A stretch of DNA of 64,000 nt, taken from NCBI GenBank assembly GCA_030141605.1, contig JAQGDQ010000928.1, forward strand, positions 15,838-79,837. The letters run 5' to 3'. The notes under the pieces are model-generated. The model was not told where the DNA came from, made no database searches, and saw nothing but the letters and a program-made list of their open reading frames with translations. A program made the position numbers and the translations under genes. Origin of the DNA: Tubiluchus corallicola (lineage: Eukaryota > Animalia > Priapulida). The first letter of the stretch is position 1. Each line of letters opens with the position of its first letter. Positions 38,904-48,589 of the stretch are shown piece after piece.

Positions 38904-40755
38904 GCGTGCCAGAATTAATTTAATTAAGTTGCAAAAACCAGGCATCTTTAAAACATTACGCCGAAAATTTTGCAAACAATAACTAAAATAATATTAATGT
39001 TACAGTTAAAGTTACCATGTATTATAAGGTCATACTTTAACGTTTAATATTACTGTTACAATCAAAGCATTTTTATATTATAAGGTAATACCTTAGTGCT
39101 ATAAAATAGAATAGTACCATTTTAAGGACGAGAACGTCATCAATCATGTTTCTTTATGTATAAGGTAAGTACAAGTTTTATGTATAACGAAAGTGTTTAG
39201 AGTATGAACATTTTTCGATTCCCGGGAGAGCATTTCCCGTGTGTGACGTTTAAATGTCACATACGGCATGCTTATGCATATCGAGGCTGTTCATGCAACT
39301 ATTTTATTAAAACATTTAGTACGAGTTCAAAACATTTAGTACCAGTTCAAGCCCGGACACGACTTAACACCACAAGAATATATATCGGTAAGTACATTAC
39401 GAACATTAACATGAAGCCGTCCCCCCCCCTCACTCATGACTTTACATAGAAGGCGATCAGACTTTCATTTTCTTAATTTATGACACGCGGACTCTTAAGA
39501 AGTTTCACTAAGAAACCGCGCTGAGCCACGCAGGCGTCGTGTTTCATTCATGACTTTCACTTTCGTAATTTACGACCCAGGATTCCCAAGCTTTAAGAAT
39601 ACTTCTCTCCTAGAAGCCATATAAAGATCGTGTTTCATTCCTACTGATACATGCTGGGTACATACACGGCAACGAACCATATGAGCGCTAAAAGTCTTAG
39701 CCCATAAAATGGCCCCCCGTGAATGACGCCCAATGTTATGCTTCTAAACGTCACATAAACTTACACTGGGGCTTACCACGCCTAAAGACACTCAGAGACT
39801 TTTATTTAATGCGCTTCCCTTCAGATAATGTAGCGTATAAATTTACTTAACAACTACACAAGTTCCAGAGAGGGATATTGCTTAAATGATTCAAGAATAT
39901 TTGCACAACGTTCTAATGATTGACAGAATAATTGTGTATTGCTGTAACGATTTTAAAGAATATTTCAAAAAGAGTATTTAGATATTGTTTTATCGACATT
40001 AGGAGGATATCTTACGGTATATCACTAAGTGTAATTAAATAAATACTTAACACAGCAACGAACATTTACGCTGTATTACTCTATAAAAAGAATTTCTATT
40101 CAACAAGCCCCATTGAAGTACTAGAACGAATAACCAACATATTAAACTAAGATTATAGCTAGATTAAACTCGGAATTTCTAATTCAGATAACCGACTTGA
40201 ATAAATGTATTGATCAAACGTTTTAGTCTAGAGTTTTAATTACTACAATCATTTCAAAACGGATAAAAATGACCATTTATAACTTATACATTTTAAATTC
40301 TAACGACCATTTACGAGAAAGTTAAAACCAACTAACTGTCAGAAAATATAATCCATCTCACGTTTAGCTATAATTCAACTCACCCCTAGTTAATTACGGC
40401 AAATTACGCGCATCACTAGACAATGATAAAAGATTATATATAGTCTAGACAAGTGTCTGTTAAAACCGAACGCGCGGACTCATCAACGCAGAGTATTATC
40501 ACCAAATTAGTAATTCTTCATGCAGTAGAAAAAAAAAGGTATTTTCCTTGTAGACTCTAATCAGCGAATATTCGATTATTGTATAATGACTTATGATGCT
40601 AAATACAAACATACCTTCCTTGCGATCCGCCTTGATCCATAATGCATAGTCACACTTCTATATATATATGATATGTCCACATAAAGGATAAATATTTTTT
40701 TTTCTTTTCAAATTTTAGGATTTTTTTTAAATTTTTTTTTAATTTTCCACTTTTC

Positions 40756-41310
40756 TTAGCACTTCACCGCTAACCACCTTTCTTCCGTTCCCTCCTCCCA
40801 GTTGCGTTTATATACTCTCATCACCCGTGCCAGGTCCCATATTGTTATTATGTTATGTGCCGCGGTGCAGATACAAAAATTCTCTCGGTTGATAAAGCGG
40901 ACCCGGCCGGGCGCGTATTTGGTCAGTAAATTTGCCATAACTGGCATCCCATGAATACTGCTCAGTTTTAGCACCACTAGTTCTTCCTGTAAAAGGAATA
41001 TAAATCTTTATTAAAAGTCCTCGAGACAAATTTTCTTTTAACTGCAGAATTAGCAATCTAGTGATTTTAACATAATAGTCCTTACCTCAAAAAAAAAAAA
41101 CAAAACAAAAAAAAAACCATTACTTACTCCATCAATGATGGACTTGCCGCAGAAAAGCTCGCATGTGCCAGGCAAGTACGTCATTTTTAGAGCACGACTA
41201 AGTTGGTCATGCAACTGTGCCCGTTCATCCAAAACATCGTAAAAGTTCCCGCTCGTAATTTCGAGCTCTACTGCCAATAAGTAGGCATCTCTCGGTACTT
41301 CACATTCCAT
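40756..41310 (-). CDS. Two-exon antisense accessory gene, 137 aa, unknown function (exons 41310-41128 and 40986-40756)
   Basis: aataataaaaATG start, GGA|GTAAGT donor, ttccttttacag|GAA acceptor; the phase-0 join fuses two ORFs in frame. Confidence 0.75.
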
Positions 41311-42011
41311 TTTTATTATTATTTTGAAACTAGTAAAACTGGTGAAACTAGAAAAAAAACTGAATACTTTGCACAACTGATTAAGACGCCTTGACCACAC
41401 GAACAGAAATTACGAAGAGGGACTGACCAACAACTGCAAGTCTCTTTTATGTGAGAGGCCTGGGAACTTTCGTATACTGCGTATAGAATTTGACTCCGTT
41501 TGGGCCCCAATGCTCATTACTAAGCGATAAAAGTACTAATAGTGAAAACCCTAGACGCAAAACCGAAGCTTAACGACCATTCTGATCTACAACTTATCCT
41601 GAGAAAGGGGACTGCAAAATCTTTTCCCACGGACATTAACTGGCTTTAAGAAGAAAGATGAATTGTTTTTACTATTAGCTGTCCAGGCCAAAATTATTGC
41701 AAGTGGACACGTGCTTCACTCGCCCCCCTTTGATCAACGCTGATCGGATTTCAAGACTCACCAAATAAGTCGAGATTGTTAATTGAGCCACACTTATTTA
41801 CGCATGCGCACATGCGCCAGGGATACACCTTTAAAATAACTGTCCGTTACCTACTAAATCCATTCATCCAGATTTTTCTTATAGTAAGGGACTCTGAATA
41901 GACGTTAAGATAATTTTGCCTTGAATACACATTAATCTTAATAATTTTTGCTGTGAATACATGTTAATCTCACCATCTCATAATTTGAATTTTTGTGAAA
42001 AAAAAAAGAGT

Positions 42012-44749
42012 ATGGAACTTTCAGGAAATACGTAAGTTTATCTTAAATTTATTCTAACCTTACTAATTTAGAGTCATAGAAATGATCTGTATAGGACAAC
42101 CTGAATAATATTCCTTTTGAATTTTTTTTCCAGGACCAGTACTACAAACCTTTTATACAAAATCCTAATATTGGCAATATTCTTAAATCTGTACATTCTA
42201 ATTCCTTACAATCATTCCCAAATCCAGCTCCCTTTAAAACAGGCCCAGGGGTTATATTTAAACAGAAATTAAATACTCCAGTTTCTAATGCAAGATGGCT
42301 ACTTATTGCGCCGATACAGTTGGACCACATTCAAGAATTTCTCACTAGAACGCTTTCCGAAATTCAACAATTAAGATTAATTAAAAAACCTGTCACAGTG
42401 ATTAAAGCCTTTAAAACTGCTATTAAAAATAGAATCAGAAATCAACAATTTCGTTTAAATTCCATTAAGAATTTAATAGCCTCGTCTGCCCATGAATCTC
42501 ACGTCGTCAAACGAAGCATTTTTCCGAATCTAGGAAAGGCATTCAAATTTTTAATCGGAACCGCGAGTGAAGAAGATCTTCGAAATCTTCAAGATCAGAT
42601 TACGAGTATCTTTAATACGCAACAAAACACGCAAGATATTTTAGAAAATAACCTAGCCCTTATCAATAGCTCGCTAATTCGCTCTGCTAGAAATACAGAG
42701 TTAATTTATGACTTAGTGAACGCATCAGTTCAAACTCGACATTACATTAACAAACTGTCAAAACAGTTTACTGATGACTTGACTAAAACTCAACATAAAT
42801 TGTTTACATTCTTGCAAACAAATTTGCTGTTTGATCACTTTATCTATAGCTTAGAAATCATTGATCAAGAATTGAATTCGTTATCCCAAGGTTTACATCA
42901 ACTAATTCTTAATAAATTACCCCCAACTTTAATAACCCCTATACACCTTCAAAAGTCTCTTAAACAAATTGAGGACCAGCTACCACAGAGCCTAATATTT
43001 CCAGCCGATATAAATAATCAATTATTCTATTATTACGAAACAATGTCGGCATTACCTATTCAAATTCCCGGAGGGTTTGCTATCCTAACAACATTAGATT
43101 TATATCATGTCAATCACATCTATCAAATTTTTGAAGCAATATCGATCCCAGTCCGTCGGACATCAACCAATATTAATAAACCTGTTTATCTATATAACCA
43201 AATTGATCATCAGTATATTGCTACGAATATTGAGCAGTCACTATATTTTTTCCCAGCCAAAGATGAAGCCTTTGCTTGTATTCAAAGCCCAAAACGTATC
43301 TGTAAGTTAGCACCAACGCCAATTTTTCCTGCAGATAGAATAGAATCATGTACAGCGGCATTGTTTTTCAAGGACACTATTAAAATAGATTTATTTTGTG
43401 ATCAACGAGCAAGAATTATTAATAAACTTGGACCAGTTATTATACCTCTAACTGAGAATACTTATTATATTAGCCCGAGTTTTGAAATTCAAGCCATAAA
43501 ATCTTGTTACGTACCCCGCCAGGCTCATAAGATTGGCACCCCCCTCACCATCAAGAACCCGATGATCCTGCAGTTAGAATCAGGGTGTGGCCTATCTTCT
43601 AAATATGCAAATTTACCAATATATTTTAAGAATCATTCAGACCTTACTTTAACTCAAACGGACATCCAAACAATCTTAGATACGGCACTTAATTTAAGTA
43701 CTTGGAACGTTGATTTATTAGGAAGTAATTTTACGATAGGAACACTTCAAACACTGCAAGCTCTGCCGTCACGAATGACAGAGGATGAACCACTTGACTT
43801 TTCTCTTAAAGGTAGTCAAAATCTCTTATTAAAACGACAGAAGTTTTTGGACCACACTGATGAATTATTCAAAACCAAACCGGTTGACTTTTCCAATCAT
43901 AAGGGTGCATCATTGACAACATACTTATTTATAGCACTTATTATAATCTTTATTATAATTTATGTGACTTGTCGTACGAAAATTAAGACAGCATGTTGCC
44001 CCCGTCTTATAAACACCAAACCAACTTCTACCAAGGCTAAACCACCCCGCGGTACCCATTCTAACAAACCCAATACTCCGCCTATGACACTTCACCCTAA
44101 CCCAATGACCCGTAATAGACTTCCTCAATACCAGCCTCCCAAGGAATTTATCAAAAAACCCGAACCACGGGAACCAATTGTTCGTTATAACCCAAATAAC
44201 GATTCTGTTGATTTCGTATCCGTCTTTACATTCCATTCAAGAACAGTAAAACTTCGTTTATTTCTTTTATTCTATAGTTTTACCCACGAGGCCGAAGATC
44301 ACCTTTCGAAAATAGATGACAGCATAGATAAATTTCTACAAGAACTTAACGAAACCTACGAAGTCAATTATAACTTGATTCGTAACCTTTCAACACCTGA
44401 GACACCCCAAACGCCCCAATCCAACTCCACCTATGAGAATACTGAACAAATTATGCCTTTAACCTTTTCCCTCGCACCAGACACTCCGTTATCTCCCCAG
44501 GAAATATATCACTTTTTAAAATCACCACTTCCACCAATCCCAGACTCGTTAACAGCTGCTTCCAAAGACACACAGACTGACTTGACTTGTCAACCCAGCG
44601 AAAAAATTGTTTTTACTACAACTAAACTGTCACCCACTGTTTGTACTAAACAGACACAGACAGAATTTTCGTTTCCACCAGATCTTCTTGTTCTTGTGAA
44701 ACGCCCTTTATCGGAAAACGAGTTCTTTCATAAATTCGCTCCCATATAA
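42012..44749 (+). CDS. env: Envelope glycoprotein, class I F-type (leader exon 42012-42031, acceptor at 42133, -1 shift near 42235)
   Basis: Signal-like LLYKILILAIFLNLYILIP, GVIFK...W motif, VVKR|SIFPNLGKAFKFLIGTASEEDL cleavage site and fusion peptide, heptads, Cys cluster, TM YLFIALIIIFIIIYV and a long tail. Confidence 0.88.
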
Positions 44750-44809
44750 TTTATATAAAGTTTGATTCAACGCTAATTTGTGATGTATAGATATGTTTCA
44801 TTTTGCAGC

Positions 44810-44968
44810 ATGAATACGCTACGATCTAACCCCCCTACCGACGAAGTTATATCACGTCGCGCGTATATTACAGTCGTACTTTTGACACTACTTGTATTCT
44901 GCATAATAATAACGGGAATACTGTTTGCAGTCTGGGAAAGAAAATGTGAACTGCTGGGAAAACAATAA
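44810..44968 (+). CDS. Small single-pass membrane protein (52 aa)
   Basis: ttcattttgcag acceptor 1 nt before ATG; RR-AYITVVLLTLLVFCIIITGILFAVW-ERK. Confidence 0.55.
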   Translation: MNTLRSNPPTDEVISRRAYITVVLLTLLVFCIIITGILFAVWERKCELLGKQ

Positions 44969-45419
44969 AAGGGATGAAGAATTGAAATGTTGCCTTGAAT
45001 AATATATGAGTAATTGTATAATGAGTATGACTGGATACCTTAACCTATTTTCCATATATCATTCTTTCCTTTTTTACCTTAACCTTAAAACCCTGCCTAG
45101 CACGTGCAAGAAGCCAGCCGGCTTCATCTCAACAAGACAGCTATCGACCGCCGGAAGTCAGCACGGAAATCCATCGTACACACCGAGCGACGCAGCCAAG
45201 CCAAGCCAGTGATCATAGTAGTACACAAACTTTGCAGCTGTCTTTGCTAATGTTTGCTAATCGCTCTAGAACTAGTCTACGTAAACTACAGAACAACTAT
45301 TTTGTGAAATTGTGTAAACCAGAGCCCTAGTTGATATATGGTGAACAGCATCAAAGAAAACTTTGTTCCGGTGAACAGCATTAAAAATAACTTCGTTCTA
45401 CGTTTCATTTACCAGTGCA

Positions 45420-45779
45420 ATGAAACTAAATATGAAACTAAATATTCGAGTATTAGCAACTTACACATATCAAAAACCACCTTTCAGGAAAACCTACTAC
45501 CTCGTAAATTATAAAGGAGCTCAGTTTATTATCTTAGAATTACTACATACGAAATATTTTAGAAGATATCCGTTGAGTGTAATTAACTTTAAACCGTACT
45601 TTGATCGATATTTAACAATGAGGATGATTAAACATCGTGTTTCGCAAAATGTGAATCAAGCAACTGTACCTACTATAAATTGTCAGGACTTTATAAATTG
45701 TCAGGACTTTATGCGCTGTCAGAACTATTTTAAACACTTAATGGGAGAACCACATATTTGTGTCGACGATATAATTTAA
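45420..45779 (+). CDS. Basic, aromatic-rich accessory ORF (119 aa), unknown function
   Basis: ATG-initiated ORF after the acceptor cgtttcatttaccag (45415), inside the element. Confidence 0.55.
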   Translation: MKLNMKLNIRVLATYTYQKPPFRKTYYLVNYKGAQFIILELLHTKYFRRYPLSVINFKPYFDRYLTMRMIKHRVSQNVNQATVPTINCQDFINCQDFMRCQNYFKHLMGEPHICVDDII

Positions 45780-45874
45780 AAGAAACCTTTAGACTAACAT
45801 ATGTTGATGGTGCAAGAACATTCGGCCTTCGCTACATTATAAAGACGTTTAAAACGTTGTGTAATTGTTTAGCC

Positions 45875-46741
45875 ATGTCAGACACGGTTATACAAAGCTG
45901 CCTAGTCTGTTCTGCAGCAGCTTTCATTAAACACTATGGCAAATTAACGTGTAACGCGTGCCGCTATTTTTTTTACAGAAAGCAGCACGTTAAAAATGTA
46001 TGTTCTAAACGTGGCTGTGTTGGAAATTGTCGTATTACCCCAGACACCAGACGTCATTGTCAACTTTGTAGATTTAACAAATGTATAGCCGTTGGTTTAC
46101 AGCCAACTTCACCTCGTTTTGGGAGGTCATCTAAATCTCGTCAGAATCGTCTCAAAGCTAAACTTAATTATCGGGTCAAATCTATTAACCGGATGGCAAA
46201 CCAACTTCTACCTGTCGCCGTAAGAATCACAATTCAGAAGGCATGCCAACAACCCGAATTACAAACATTACCTGTCGAAGACCAGAAAATTCTACTAAAA
46301 TCTGGCGCTCCAAGTATAATTCTAATTTGGCTAAATACACTTATTAATTTCGTGTCGCTTGCCCAAGAATTAGTGCCGCAACATCAACTCAGTGATTTCG
46401 ATGAGTTTACACAACAACTTTATAGAACTGCACAGGCGATTATGCTAGTTAGACCAACGCAAGACGAGTTGGAAATCTTAACAAACATCTTACTCTATGA
46501 CTCAACTTGCCTTAATTTACAACGTCCAGACCGAGTGGCTCATTTTCACTCTCGGTGGATAGAACGATTTAATTGTGAAATAGCACTTCACTGGCCTTCT
46601 AGATTCACCTCGCAAATGGGGGCTTTAAGCAACTTCCAGGCTTTATATCAAGCAGTAATCGCTTTTGCGACACGACTGAAGTCTGTTCAGCTCAACTTGG
46701 ATCAAAACACTTGTTTTCAGACAGAGGAAGAGAATGAATGA
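45875..46741 (+). CDS. Intronless nuclear hormone receptor (288 aa from GCCATG), NR1-like, carried by the retroelement
   Basis: C-X2-C-X13-C-X2-C-X13-C-X8-C-X9-C-X2-C-X4-C with HYG, FF.R and CRFNKCIAVGL; RFGR box; LBD signature PELQTLPVEDQKILLKSG. Confidence 0.93.
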   Translation: MSDTVIQSCLVCSAAAFIKHYGKLTCNACRYFFYRKQHVKNVCSKRGCVGNCRITPDTRRHCQLCRFNKCIAVGLQPTSPRFGRSSKSRQNRLKAKLNYRVKSINRMANQLLPVAVRITIQKACQQPELQTLPVEDQKILLKSGAPSIILIWLNTLINFVSLAQELVPQHQLSDFDEFTQQLYRTAQAIMLVRPTQDELEILTNILLYDSTCLNLQRPDRVAHFHSRWIERFNCEIALHWPSRFTSQMGALSNFQALYQAVIAFATRLKSVQLNLDQNTCFQTEEENE

Positions 46742-46744
46742 AAA

Positions 46745-47440
46745 ATGAATAACATTACTGTATACTTATATTTTGAACTTTAAGAATAATGTTCAACATT
46801 TTGATCATTTTGATACAATTTTAACATGGAGATTCAATGAATAAATGAATAACATTGTGTGTTCAATGTATAATATGATGTTAAAGGAATAATATTGAAT
46901 AACCGTGTGTATTCATATATGATGTCAAATGAAAGATATTGAATGACACTGTGTACTTATATTATGGATGAAATGATGAAATATTGAACAACCGTGTGTA
47001 CTTATATAGGATGTCAAATGAATGATTGTGTATGTATATTATGAAATGATGAATAACGTTGTATACTTATATTTTGAAATGCGTCCAATAATGTTGTGTT
47101 CCTGTATTTTGAAATGAAATGTTGGATAGTATAATGTTGATTTTGCACGACGTGTGTATTTATATTGTATAATGATTGATGATTCATCGATGTCAGATTG
47201 TCATTTATACTTTTATGACCGTGATGGATGACGGATGATTTATTGATGCAGATTGTCACTTATATTTTATGACGGTGACTAATGATTCAGATTGTCACTT
47301 ATATTTTATGACGGTGACTAATGATTCAGATCGTCACTTATATTTTATGACGGTGATTGACGACTCAGGTGACGACTCAGGTTGTCATTGATATCGTTTG
47401 ATAATGATTGATGATTCAGGTTGTCAGCTGATGACTTATA
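46745..47440. repeat. Degenerate tandem repeats (about 45-50 bp, then 36 bp) in the element's 3' UTR
   Basis: tgaataac..tgtgtacttatatt and gattgtcacttatattttatgacggtgactaatgattca units. Confidence 0.75.
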
Positions 47441-48105
47441 GCTGATGACATATATATATATCTATTTTGCCTTGATTTACGTAAATTTATATCCTGACTT
47501 GACTTGTATTCGGAATGGTATTTTAAATGGTATCAGTTGAACTCATATAATTACTCCTATAACTATATATCTCAATAGCATAGTTGATACGATAAAGAAA
47601 ATCGATTAGGATAGTATACTGCATGATTGGACCTATACACTCGTATATTGTGCGCTTACTTATATAGTTTGCATATATATATTAGAAACTCTGATAAATG
47701 TTACACGTATGTATCAACTGTGTGTTTAATAATATTTGTATATCTCATTAGCCTAGTTATACTTACTAAGGATGATAACATGATAAGGAAAATTGCTTGC
47801 TATACTAGATTTAACCGGTATACCTCACCTGTCCATATTACTGTTATCAATGTTGTAAATGTATAGTTTAGTATAAGGACGAGCAAGCCTCGTGCCTCCA
47901 TACTCACAAGGACATTCGGATTGCCTAGATATTTTAATTAGATATTTTAAATCAGATATTTTACTTAGATATTTTAACTGGATATTTTACTCACATATTT
48001 TAAAAATCAGATATCTTAAATCACATATTGGTCATGTATTTTAGACAGATGATATAATATTAAAATTATCTAATCTGCCAGCCCCGAGGGAACTAACTTC
48101 CTTTT

Positions 48106-48116
48106 AGGAAGAGAGG
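48106..48116 (+). promoter_or_regulatory. Polypurine tract
   Basis: AGGAAGAGAGG directly before the 3' LTR, preceded by a T-run. Confidence 0.9.
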
Positions 48117-48589
48117 AGTAAAGAGAAGATGATAATTGTATGATTAGTATTAGCAGTTCAGAAATGAAACGACTCTATGAAGGGGATATGAGAGATATGT
48201 AGAAATGAAGCCATGATTTTAGGTGCGGCTGTCATGTGACTGAGTTCCATATATGGACATTGCCCGTCTGAATTGTCAGACTAGCAACAATTATAACGCA
48301 TGCGCTGTGAGTCCAAAAAGCTGAAGGAAGCCAAGTGGAATGGGAGATCAGATCACGGGGGAATCTCGAGGAAGCAGGAACAGATCTTGGGCGGTTCGGC
48401 AGAGCTATGATATGTACTTTACCATGTAATATATTATTGTGAAATAAATGTGTTAGTCGCTCATCAATCCAGGTCTTATAGCTTTGTCACCACCTCACGT
48501 CAATAAACGGCTGCGGCCTCCTCAATAATCCACCAACAAGTACTACCACTATACGACTCAGCTCATAAACATAACATATAAATTTTACT
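48117..48589 (+). repeat. 3' LTR (473 bp)
   Basis: Direct repeat of 31953-32425. Confidence 0.95.

Larger units (their letters stand above)
31953..48589 (+). mobile_element. Full-length env-containing Ty3/gypsy (Metaviridae, errantivirus-like) LTR retroelement, 16,637 bp, with accessory genes
   Basis: Two near-identical LTRs, PBS, PPT, gag, PR-RT-RH-IN domain order and F-type env. Confidence 0.97.

Noticed and set aside
39027-39032. AGGTCA half-site as a response element for the encoded receptor
   Set aside because: A single hexamer is expected by chance in 16 kb, and the altered P-box makes specificity unpredictable.
45758-45874. 39-aa N-terminal extension of the receptor ORF from a GTG start
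   Set aside because: GCCATG at 45875 is the better start; the extension matters only if the weak acceptor at 45792 is used.
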